DNA from: a virus
Strand: one strand, 5' to 3'
IMG/VR virus record: IMGVR_UViG_3300025073_000036
Coordinates: 1 to 64,000 of that record
DNA: 64,000 bases
Shown: in pieces, positions 47,779-55,940 of the stretch
Layout of the letters: every line of letters starts with the position of its first letter
Numbering within the stretch: position 1 is the stretch's first letter
Translations under genes and position numbers: made by a program
Notes under the pieces: generated by a model
Told to the model about the DNA's origin: nothing
The model's database searches: none
Seen by the model: only the letters and a program-made list of their open reading frames with translations

Positions 47779-48544
47779 CGGGCACCTCCGCCGGGGCCAC
47801 GCGCACGCCGAAGGCGACGATGTCGGCCTCGTCGAGCATCACAGCGATCCCGGTGAACTCACACTGCCACGGGACCGCCCGGGCCGCGCAGGCCCGCACG
47901 AAGGCCTCGGCGTCGGCCAGCTCGCCCCCGTTCTCGCCCTCGTTCTCGTCGCTGCCGAAATCCTCGCTGAAACGCTCGGCCCACCAGTCGAGCAGGTCAC
48001 GAGCTGCGCGCCGGATGTAGTCGTCGTCGATGTCGCGCCGTTCGTAGACGTGGAGCGCGACCGGGCCGGAGACCACGGGGCCGTGCACGTCCTCGAGCGC
48101 GGCCTGTGGGTCATCCCACATGCGTTCGGCATCGTGCGGGCCATACAGCGGCTCCCAGCCCTGCGCGAGGGCCTGGAAGTCGCGCCAGGCCACCGTGCGG
48201 GTGGGCGCCTTGAAGCCGCTGCCACGACAGATCGGGCAGACCTCGTCCTTGTCGTCCGGGCACGGCGTCCAGCAGCAACCGTTCTTGCGCTCCGCCGTCT
48301 CCTGGCGGCCCCAGTCCTTCGGCTCGCCGTGGACCCAGGCGAACTCGTTTGGCTTCACACCCAGCCGGCCACCTGGCGTCAAAACCGACACCGCGCCGTA
48401 GTGATTCATGTAGGCCAGGTGCTCGGCCGGCTCGGCCACCGCAGTCGGCTTGTCCGGGTTCACCAAGCTGGCCAGAAAGGGGAAGTCGGCGGTCACGCGC
48501 TTGACAAGCCTCACGGTGGGGTTGTTGCGCTTCATCCCTCGCAA
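47765..48544 (-). CDS. Hypothetical protein
   Basis: LGVKPNEF motif, CPICRGSG. Confidence 0.6.
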   Translation of the reverse strand: MRGMKRNNPTVRLVKRVTADFPFLASLVNPDKPTAVAEPAEHLAYMNHYGAVSVLTPGGRLGVKPNEFAWVHGEPKDWGRQETAERKNGCCWTPCPDDKDEVCPICRGSGFKAPTRTVAWRDFQALAQGWEPLYGPHDAERMWDDPQAALEDVHGPVVSGPVALHVYERRDIDDDYIRRAARDLLDWWAERFSEDFGSDENEGENGGELADAEAFVRACAARAVPWQCEFTGIAVMLDEADIVAFGVRVAPAEVPDGPA

Positions 48545-48717
48545 CCCATCTGGTAGTGACCGCCGCAGGTGGGCGAGCAGAAGGTCAGTTTACGTCTGCG
48601 GACGTACTTCTTTCGCTTTACCTCGTCGAAGGCCAGGTCGGTGATCGTCGTCGTGTGTGGCGTGGCGATGAGCGCGCCGCACTGCGGACACTTGGCGGGC
48701 TGGTTGAGGGCGCTCAC
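48532..48717 (-). CDS. YdaE-like small zinc-binding protein
   Basis: CPQCG...FCSPTCGGHYQMGCEG resembles the Rac-prophage YdaE family. Confidence 0.6.
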   Translation of the reverse strand: MSALNQPAKCPQCGALIATPHTTTITDLAFDEVKRKKYVRRRKLTFCSPTCGGHYQMGCEG

Positions 48718-50123
48718 GCCGCACCGACCTTCCCGGCCGACCCCTGCTCGGCCGCCCAGTTGCGGATGTTGCCACGGATCGCTTCCTCGTCCGGGGCGAG
48801 GTCGGGGCGGGCGCTGAACACGGCGGAGAGCACACCCTCGAAACCGAGCTCGGTCTGCACGTCCTCGACGCGCGCCCGGTCGGCCCGGGCCACCTTGCAG
48901 CCGTTGGTGATCGTCACCCCGCAGGCCTTGAGCTCGCGCACGAGCCCGGCCACGACCTCGTTCTCGGCCTCGGTGATGCCGTCCCGGTCGGGCGAGACCA
49001 CGCGGTAGACCCAGGCCTGGTCGCCCCGCTCCGCCTCGGCCTTGAGCTCGGTCAGGTGGTCGTGCACCTCGTCCGGGTGCAGGGTGACAAAGCGGCGGGC
49101 GCCCGGGTTGGCGTGGAACTGGCAGGCCCACCGTTCGCGCACCGGCCCGCCATCGTCGGCCACGAACTCGCGCGCGAAGGTGCTCACGCCCTTCGGCTGG
49201 CCCTCTTCGCCGAAGTCCATGCGGTCGGGGCTGCCGATGTAGCCGTGGGTGAAGAGCATGCCCCGCCCGTCGTCGGTCTCCGCGTCCTCGACCACGGGCG
49301 AGGCCACGGCCTGCCGCTTGTGCAGGTGGCCCCACACGGCCAAGTCGAAGGCGGGGAAGGTGTCGGTCGAGATCGGAGAGTCGGCGAGCGGCACGGTCTG
49401 GTAATCGTTGTATGCCGCGCTGGCGAGCGTGCCGTGCCCGAAGAGGATGCAGGGCGCCCCGGGCGCGACCTCGCGACAGAGCGGCACGAGCTGCGCGTGC
49501 GCGCCCAGGACGGCGTTGAAGCCGCCGGCCAGCACCGCCGACGTAACAACCACGCTGCCGCTCACCTCCGCCGCCGCCGCCCGGGCCGGGTAGGGCACGG
49601 GGAAGATCCAGGCCTCGACCTCGAGCCCGGCCATCCCGGCCGGGTCGGTGAAGGCCACGGCGGCCAGCCGCCCGTTGACGCCGTCACGCACGAGGGCCTG
49701 GGGCGCGAAGGTGTCGAGCACGACGACCTCGGCCGGCCGGAGGTGTTTCAGCGGCTCGAGCGCGTGCGTCCCGCTCCCGTTCGGGCGGTCGTGATTGCCG
49801 AGCAGGACGAGCACGAGAACGCCCGCGTCGGCCCACGACGCGAACGACTCCTGCACGACGGCCTCGGCGGCCGGCAGCGGGCGCGGATCGGGGTAGACAT
49901 CGCCGGCCACGAGCACGAGGTCGCAGCGGTTGGTGCGGGCGGTCTGGCCGATCCACGCGAGCGTCTGGCGGGCCTGGGCCAGGACGAGCGGCCGGCGGGT
50001 GGCCCGGTCGACCGGCTGGAGGCCGGCGAGGTTCTGTGTGGCGCTGACGTGCAGGTCGGCGCAGGCGAGGATGCGCAGCTCGCGCGCGGCCTCGTCAAAG
50101 TCGGTGTCAATGGTCTCGTTCAT
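48714..50123 (-). CDS. sbcD: SbcD/Mre11-like metallophosphoesterase nuclease
   Basis: ADLH, AGDVY, GNHD, GHG, GHLH, GSPDRMDFGEE. Confidence 0.93.
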   Translation of the reverse strand: MNETIDTDFDEAARELRILACADLHVSATQNLAGLQPVDRATRRPLVLAQARQTLAWIGQTARTNRCDLVLVAGDVYPDPRPLPAAEAVVQESFASWADAGVLVLVLLGNHDRPNGSGTHALEPLKHLRPAEVVVLDTFAPQALVRDGVNGRLAAVAFTDPAGMAGLEVEAWIFPVPYPARAAAAEVSGSVVVTSAVLAGGFNAVLGAHAQLVPLCREVAPGAPCILFGHGTLASAAYNDYQTVPLADSPISTDTFPAFDLAVWGHLHKRQAVASPVVEDAETDDGRGMLFTHGYIGSPDRMDFGEEGQPKGVSTFAREFVADDGGPVRERWACQFHANPGARRFVTLHPDEVHDHLTELKAEAERGDQAWVYRVVSPDRDGITEAENEVVAGLVRELKACGVTITNGCKVARADRARVEDVQTELGFEGVLSAVFSARPDLAPDEEAIRGNIRNWAAEQGSAGKVGAA

Positions 50124-50244
50124 GGTGTTCCCCTTGTCGAAGTTGGTGCCGGTCTCTCCCCGGCAGTCACGCATGGTTGAGCGGCCGCGTTCCCTGGATC
50201 GCCCTCGGCCTCGCGGCGTCACCGGGCGATGCGTGTCCCGTCGC

Positions 50245-51429
50245 CTACCAGGGGATCGGGTCGTCTTCCACGTCGTCGAGCTTTGACCACAAGCGGCACT
50301 GATGCAGGGGCGAGAGCGCGCGGATCGCCTGCTCGCTCATCGTGCCCGGACCGGGGCCGACCTTGCCCTTGCTGCGAGCGTACTTCACGAGCTCGTCGAC
50401 GCTTGCGCGCGGTGTCGGCTCGCCCGGCGGTGGCCCAGCGGCCCCCGGGTTGCCCGCGTCGTCGTCGGCCCATCCGTCGGCCGGGCCGTCGGCGGGGCCG
50501 AGCCCGTGCTCGTCGTCGTCGTCGATGTGCGTGACCGCCGTGACCGGCACCTCGGCGCCTCGCATGTCCGGTAGCAGGCCCCCGGTCATCATCGACCCGA
50601 TGGCCCGGAAGAGCGCGTCGCCCATGCCCAGCGCCTTGCTGGCGGTCATCAGGGCCACGGCCCGGTTCGTCTCCGGATCGCCGAAGTCACCCGTCCACAC
50701 CAGCCGCCCGGCCACGAACGGCTTGGCCAGCTCTTCGGCGGTGTACTCGTGCCGCAGGCCGAGCACCCGACGGATCAGGCGCGACCACGCTTTCGTCTCG
50801 CAGTGCTCGGCGATGAAGGCGCGCGTGCGGCGGAGCTGTTTCGCGCCCGCTTCGGCCGAGCTGGCGCTCGCCAGCAGCTCGAGCGTGGCGGGCGAGTCGT
50901 CGTTGAGGTCGAGCGAGCGCGTGGCCGCGTAGAGGTGGTCGGCGCCGTCCATGCCGCGCAGCTTCCCGACCGCGCGGCAGCGCACGTACAGCGGATCGTC
51001 GCCCCGGTCGATGCGGGTGCACAGCTCCGGCACGCAAGAGAGCCCGGCCGCGTTGCCGATCCGGTCGAGCAGCGGGCGGAGCATGGAGAACATCGTAGGG
51101 CCGTCGCGCTTCGTGGCCTGGGTGTTCCGGTAGATCTCGCCCGACGTGGGCAGCACGGCCGACATGGCCAGCCGGTAGCCGGCTGGCACGGCGTCCACGG
51201 CCGTGACGGGCAGGATGAGGTTGGTGTGCTCCTGCAGCCACGCCATCGCCTCGCGCAGGCGGGCCGGATCGCCGTGGGCGAGCCGCTGGCCCACCTCGGT
51301 CATCAGCGACGGATCGGTGCGGATGATCTCGGCACGCTGCTGCCCGCCTTCGGGCGGGACGAAGTCGCCGTTGGCCGGTTTCTGCCACGGCCGCCGCTGG
51401 CCCTGCTGGCCCTGCCTCGGTGGTGTCAC
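50245..51429 (-). CDS. Putative ssDNA-annealing/recombination protein with SSB-like acidic tail
   Basis: AEHCETKAWSRLIR..LGLRHEYTAEELAKPF; ends DDVEDDPIPW; precedes sbcD. Confidence 0.6.
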   Translation of the reverse strand: MTPPRQGQQGQRRPWQKPANGDFVPPEGGQQRAEIIRTDPSLMTEVGQRLAHGDPARLREAMAWLQEHTNLILPVTAVDAVPAGYRLAMSAVLPTSGEIYRNTQATKRDGPTMFSMLRPLLDRIGNAAGLSCVPELCTRIDRGDDPLYVRCRAVGKLRGMDGADHLYAATRSLDLNDDSPATLELLASASSAEAGAKQLRRTRAFIAEHCETKAWSRLIRRVLGLRHEYTAEELAKPFVAGRLVWTGDFGDPETNRAVALMTASKALGMGDALFRAIGSMMTGGLLPDMRGAEVPVTAVTHIDDDDEHGLGPADGPADGWADDDAGNPGAAGPPPGEPTPRASVDELVKYARSKGKVGPGPGTMSEQAIRALSPLHQCRLWSKLDDVEDDPIPW

Positions 51430-51480
51430 GTTGTTCCCCTTGTCCTGATGGCCCCCGGGGTGCCGACGGGGGCGTGCTGG

Positions 51481-51738
51481 TCAACTGGCGGCCGACTCCT
51501 GCGCCGGCCGCCGCTTCACCGGGTAGCCCCCGCTGTAGCCCGGCAGATCGTTCAGACTCACGCGCTCGTGGCCGTCCTTGTCGAGGCAGGCCTCGACGAT
51601 GCGAGCGGCCAGGGGCGGGGACGGCATGAGCGTGCCGCAGCAGATGCGGTCGATGTTGCTCTTGGAGCACCCGACCCGCTCGGCGAATGCGCGCCGTTCT
51701 CCGCGCCGCAGGAAATCCTCAAGTCGCATTGGCGACAT
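51481..51738 (-). CDS. Cro/YdaS-like HTH regulator
   Basis: MRLEDFL..RRAFAERVGCSKSNIDRIC.G..PSPPLAARIVEA. Confidence 0.78.
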   Translation of the reverse strand: MSPMRLEDFLRRGERRAFAERVGCSKSNIDRICCGTLMPSPPLAARIVEACLDKDGHERVSLNDLPGYSGGYPVKRRPAQESAAS

Positions 51739-51758
51739 CCCGTACAAGTCAAGGCCCA

Positions 51759-51787
51759 ACAATAGGCGCCACACGCCAACAAGGCAA
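51759..51787 (-). promoter_or_regulatory. Leftward early promoter with operator
   Basis: TTGCCT-N17-TATTGT; operator TTGGCGTGTGGCGCCTA. Confidence 0.7.
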
Positions 51788-51812
51788 GATGAAAATTAGC
51801 GTGTGAGGCGTA

Positions 51813-51842
51813 TTGACAGCCCGGCGACCCTGAACGTAGCGT
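51813..51842 (+). promoter_or_regulatory. Rightward early promoter
   Basis: TTGACA-N18-TAGCGT; degenerate operator at 51796-51812. Confidence 0.65.
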
Positions 51843-51867
51843 CGCCGTAACGTATCGACGGGGGACG

Positions 51868-52845
51868 TTGGTGCACGGTCGCTGGGCGGCTACGCCGCTG
51901 CTCTTCTCCACATTGCGAATCGAGGCCTATCCCGACGGCACGCCGTTCAAGGGCCTGCACAAGATCGTCTTGGCGGTGCTGCTCGAGCGGTGTGACGCCG
52001 CAGACGGCAAGGACGGCCGTGGGCGGGTGCGCAACCGCGCCCTGGCCGAGGCCTCGACCGCCGCCGCCCTGGCCGAGGCGCACGCCCGTGGCGGCTCGCT
52101 CGTGAGCGTTGTCGAGCTGGCCCGGCAGGCCGTCGTGGCCGAGAAGGTGGCGCGCGAAGCGGTGCAAGCCTTCAAGGGCGCCGGGTGGGTTCAGGCGTTC
52201 GGACGGCCCGGGCGCCGTGACCTGCTCGTGGTGAACGACTCCGCCCTGCTGGCCGCCGATCCGCGTCTAGGGGTGGCAGATTTGCCAGGGGTGGCAGATT
52301 TGCCAGGGGTGGCAAAAGAGGAAGGCCCGGCAGATCTGCCACCACACCCCTTGCAGATCTGCCACCCCACCCCTGCCGTATTTGCCACCCCCCTCAACGA
52401 TCATGACGCGCGCGCGGCTGTCCCTACCCGGCCCTATCCGACCCTAAACGCACCCCCAGTGGCCCCCGGGCCTGATGAGGCGGAGGTCGCCAGGAAGGCG
52501 GCCGCCTTCCGGCGCTTGTCGGCCGCCTGGGGGGACGGATTCGGGCGGGCTCGACGTGGCCGGGGCGTGATGGAAGTGAACGGTGCCGAGACGGAGACGT
52601 TGCGGCGCCTTGTTGATGCGTATGCCGAGGCGGAAGTTGCGGAGGCGATTCGCCGGGAGATTCTTCGGGCTGCGAATGATCCGCGCGGCCCGCGTCTGGA
52701 CTGGGTCGAGGACGCCTTGCGGGGCGCCCGGCCGAACACCAACCCGCCCGGAGCGGCCAGGCCACCAGCCAGGACCCGCGCGGGCGCCGTTCCCGGGGCG
52801 TCGAAATGGGCGCGTCCGGATGCACGAGGGGAGAAGCCAGGATGA
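51868..52845 (+). CDS. Replication initiator (lambda O/DnaD-like architecture)
   Basis: N-terminal winged helix, internal iteron array, directly upstream of the DnaC-like ATPase. Confidence 0.72.
   Translation: MVHGRWAATPLLFSTLRIEAYPDGTPFKGLHKIVLAVLLERCDAADGKDGRGRVRNRALAEASTAAALAEAHARGGSLVSVVELARQAVVAEKVAREAVQAFKGAGWVQAFGRPGRRDLLVVNDSALLAADPRLGVADLPGVADLPGVAKEEGPADLPPHPLQICHPTPAVFATPLNDHDARAAVPTRPYPTLNAPPVAPGPDEAEVARKAAAFRRLSAAWGDGFGRARRGRGVMEVNGAETETLRRLVDAYAEAEVAEAIRREILRAANDPRGPRLDWVEDALRGARPNTNPPGAARPPARTRAGAVPGASKWARPDARGEKPG
52269..52391. repeat. Iteron array, putative replication origin
   Basis: AGGGGTGGCAGATTTGCC x2.6 in tandem, then inverted copies GGCAGATCTGCCACC, GCAGATCTGCCACCCC and TTTGCCACCCC. 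Confidence 0.8.
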
Positions 52846-53735
52846 GCGACGAGACGACGCGGGCACCGTCGGCGCCGAAGGCGGAACCGGAGATGCGCTA
52901 CGCGCGAACCGACGGTTTTGTGACCGCCACGGTCAGCCCGTGTGGCCACTGCCACAAGGGGTCGATCTTCATCGAGGACGAACACGGCAATACGACGGTG
53001 AGGAATTGCCCGAAGTGCGGCCCGCTCCTGATGCAGGCCGCCGCGCTCAACATGGCGCGCCTGCCGGTCGATCCGCCCGGGGCCAACCTGTCGGCCTTCC
53101 AGCTCGACCGCCCGGGTGATCCGCCGAAGATCGGCGGTGGCAACGGCGTGATCCTCGTGCACACCGAGGACGGGAGCATGCCGCACCCGGCGCACTACCG
53201 CGCGGCCGCCCTCGAGGCGGCGGTGGCGTTCTGCAACGCGGCCATCGCTCGCGCGGCCGCCCCGGACGATGGGGGCGGCCTGCTGCTGGCTGGCCCGCCC
53301 GGGACCGGAAAATCGCACCTGTTGCACGGCATCCTGCGTCGGCTGGCCATGCGGGCACCGAAGATCCGGACCCGCTACGCCAGCGCCGGGCAGGTGATGG
53401 CCGACTGCCGGCGCTCTCTCCAGGCGCAGAAGGAAACGCAGAAGCTCGTCGACGACCTCGTGCTCGTCCCGCTGCTGGCCCTCGACGAGCTCGGCAAGGG
53501 CCGCGCGACCGACTGGGAGGTCAGCATCGCCGACGAGATCGTGACGCGCCGCTACGAGGCCGGGAGGGCCACCATCTACGCCACGAACTACTCGCTCGAG
53601 CGCGATCCGCCGGTGGACGATCTCGACGCGCTGGCCAACCGCATCGGGGAGCGCGCGTTCTCTCGCGTGACGCACCGCAACCGCGTGCTCGTGTTGGTCG
53701 GCAGCGACCAGCGATTCGAGGGGAGGGCCGTCTGA
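52842..53735 (+). CDS. DnaC/IstB-like AAA+ ATPase (helicase loader)
   Basis: CxxC..CxxC N-terminus, GPPGTGKS, LALDELG, RY..TIYATN, RIGERAFSRV. Confidence 0.9.
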   Translation: MSDETTRAPSAPKAEPEMRYARTDGFVTATVSPCGHCHKGSIFIEDEHGNTTVRNCPKCGPLLMQAAALNMARLPVDPPGANLSAFQLDRPGDPPKIGGGNGVILVHTEDGSMPHPAHYRAAALEAAVAFCNAAIARAAAPDDGGGLLLAGPPGTGKSHLLHGILRRLAMRAPKIRTRYASAGQVMADCRRSLQAQKETQKLVDDLVLVPLLALDELGKGRATDWEVSIADEIVTRRYEAGRATIYATNYSLERDPPVDDLDALANRIGERAFSRVTHRNRVLVLVGSDQRFEGRAV

Positions 53736-54370
53736 TGGGCCTCAACCGAGAGCAGGCCCGCAAGCTCCTGGGTCGGGACCTGCCCGAACCTGAGCTACCG
53801 CCGCAGCTCGCGGCCGTGTTCGGTCAGAAACCCGGGCAGCCGAAGGCCGTGGCCGTCGTGCACACGGTCGGTCAGGCCGGCCCGGTCGAGCGCGTGCGGC
53901 CCCACTGGGAAAAAGACGGCGAGGCCAAGAAGCCGAAGGCCACGAAACGAAAGCTCGAATGGGCCGAGCAGGTGAACCTCGTGAGCGCCCTGATCGCGGC
54001 CGAGCTGATGTTCTCCGGCTCGCTCAACGGCGTGCCGCTGCCGCCCGGTCAGGCCAAGATGGCGAAGGCGGCGGGCATGGTGCGCGGGGACGCGGACCTC
54101 ACGATCTGGACGCACCCGCCCGCCCACCCGGACGCGCCGGGCATGATGGTCGAGCTAAAGTTGCCGTCGGCGGAGCCCTCGACCGAGCGCGCCGGCCAGT
54201 TCTCCGGCGCCCGCCCGCACCAGAAAGACCGGCTCGGCCAGTTTCAGGCCCTCGGCTGGCACGTCGTCATCGGCTACGGCTGCGCGGACGCGCTGTGCAA
54301 GATCCGCGCAGCCGGCTACGACCTGAGCATGCTGCCCGCGTGCTCGTTCGTGAAGACGGGGCAGCCGTGA
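53735..54370 (+). CDS. VRR-NUC-like nuclease / resolvase
   Basis: EWAEQ, GMVRGDADL, MVELK, Q...GWHVVIGYG. Confidence 0.75.
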   Translation: MGLNREQARKLLGRDLPEPELPPQLAAVFGQKPGQPKAVAVVHTVGQAGPVERVRPHWEKDGEAKKPKATKRKLEWAEQVNLVSALIAAELMFSGSLNGVPLPPGQAKMAKAAGMVRGDADLTIWTHPPAHPDAPGMMVELKLPSAEPSTERAGQFSGARPHQKDRLGQFQALGWHVVIGYGCADALCKIRAAGYDLSMLPACSFVKTGQP

Positions 54371-54864
54371 CGACGCCCACCGAGCCGCAGCTCGACCTTT
54401 TCGGCGGCCCCGCGCCGCGCTCGGCGCACACGCCCGCGCCGGCCGTGGCAGGGCGGGCCACGAGCGTCCTGAGCGGTCAGCAGATCCTCGACGCGATGCC
54501 GGAGCTGCGCCGCCAGGTGTTCGCCTTCATCCGCGTCCAGGGCGGCAGGGGGGCCACCGACGACGAGATGCAGGCGGCGATGGGTCTCAACCCCTCGACG
54601 CAGCGCCCGCGCCGCATTGAGCTCGAGCGGCAGGGTTTCATCCGCCAGGACCCGGAGGGCCGCACGCGCGAGACCCGCAGCGGCCGTCAGGCCGTGGTGT
54701 GGGTGATGGTGCCGGAGGCCGAGCGGCAGGGCCTCGGGGAGCGCCGCCAGGTCGAGACCGAGGTGCGCGGCGCACTGCATCACTTCATCGCTGCCCTCGA
54801 CCTCGAGCAGTGTCGAGCGGCCATCGGTGTCCTGCGTGCGCGTTTCCCGAGCGTTTCGACCTGA
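54367..54864 (+). CDS. Winged-helix DNA-binding protein
   Basis: GATDDEM..GLNPSTQRPRRIELERQG..TRSGRQAVVW. Confidence 0.7.
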   Translation: MTTPTEPQLDLFGGPAPRSAHTPAPAVAGRATSVLSGQQILDAMPELRRQVFAFIRVQGGRGATDDEMQAAMGLNPSTQRPRRIELERQGFIRQDPEGRTRETRSGRQAVVWVMVPEAERQGLGERRQVETEVRGALHHFIAALDLEQCRAAIGVLRARFPSVST

Positions 54865-54889
54865 CAGACCGACAGACAAGTGGAAAAAC

Positions 54890-55627
54890 ATGAAACGGAA
54901 AACGACAGACGAAGAGGCCGGCGGCGTCCCGGTCTACAACGCCACTAACGGCAACAACAACTGGGCGAGCCCGCGCGACTTCCTCACCGCCGCGCTGGCA
55001 GAACTCGACCTGCCGGCCATCGGGCTAGACCTCGCGGCCGAGTGCTCGACGGCCCTGGCCCCGCTCTACTTCGCGCCCGACCACGCCGATCCGCGACGAC
55101 GCAACGCGCTGTTGCCGCGCAGTTCGTGGCATATCCGGCGCGATGAGACGGCGCCCGGAGCGCCGAGCACGCGCTACCTCAATCCGCCCTATGGTCGCCT
55201 GTGCGTGCAGTGTCGAGACAAGGTGTGGAAGGGGAAAAAGAGCGGTCTGCCGAAAGCGAAGTGGTGCGAGAGTCGGAAACACACATCGACGACGGTGTGG
55301 GAGTGGATCGAGCGCGCGGCCAGAGAAGGCACGCGCGGCCTCGACCCGCTGCTGCTGCTCGTCCCGGCCCGCACCGATACCGACTGGTGGCATTCCCACG
55401 TCCACGGCCTCGCGGCCCGCGTGGTGCTGATCAAGGGCCGGCTCACGTTCCTCGACGCGGCGTTGAAGGCGACAGACTGCCCGGCGCCGTTCCCATCGGC
55501 CTTGATCGAATACGTGCCGTGCCCGGCTGCGTCGGCGTGGGTGACGCAGTACGGCACCATGAGAAACGATGGACGGATGATTGACAAGCCGGAGCGGCGC
55601 CTGGTCGTGGCCGGCGAGGTGTATTGA
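54890..55627 (+). CDS. Phage N6-adenine DNA methyltransferase (T1/HP1-type Dam family)
   Basis: WASP, LDLAA, YLNPPYG, LVPARTDTDWW, IKGRLTF, APFPS. Confidence 0.88.
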   Translation: MKRKTTDEEAGGVPVYNATNGNNNWASPRDFLTAALAELDLPAIGLDLAAECSTALAPLYFAPDHADPRRRNALLPRSSWHIRRDETAPGAPSTRYLNPPYGRLCVQCRDKVWKGKKSGLPKAKWCESRKHTSTTVWEWIERAAREGTRGLDPLLLLVPARTDTDWWHSHVHGLAARVVLIKGRLTFLDAALKATDCPAPFPSALIEYVPCPAASAWVTQYGTMRNDGRMIDKPERRLVVAGEVY

Positions 55628-55628
55628 C

Positions 55629-55940
55629 ATGACATTGAAGCCGTTGTCGCCGCGTCAGGCCCAGGTTTTGCGCGTGATGATCCTGCACCTGCTCGAGTAT
55701 CAGACACACGCGACCAAACGATTCATCGCAGAAGCGTTGAAAACACGCTCGCTCGTCAACGTCCACGAACACTTGACCGCCTTGGAGCGCAAGGGCTACG
55801 TGCGCAGCGAAGAGCGCGTGAAGGGACGCCTGACGTGGCTCATCCTGCGCACGCCGGAGGGCGTGACATTTCACCTCGGCAATCTGGCCGCCGTGGCCCC
55901 CGACTACGTGCCCGCCCGGGCCGCCGAGGCCTCGCCGTGA
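55629..55940 (+). CDS. LexA N-terminal DNA-binding-domain protein without peptidase
   Basis: LSPRQAQVL..TKRFIAEAL..SLVNVHEHLTALERKGY. Confidence 0.8.
   Translation: MTLKPLSPRQAQVLRVMILHLLEYQTHATKRFIAEALKTRSLVNVHEHLTALERKGYVRSEERVKGRLTWLILRTPEGVTFHLGNLAAVAPDYVPARAAEASP

Noticed and set aside
43348-50123. SMC-based defence system (Wadjet/Lamassu)
   Set aside because: The partner is an Mre11-type nuclease next to an annealing protein, which fits a phage recombination module; no kleisin or effector genes were seen.
52269-52391. Repeat array considered as a mini-CRISPR
   Set aside because: Repeats are contiguous or inverted without unique spacers, lie in-frame in the initiator, and no cas genes are present.
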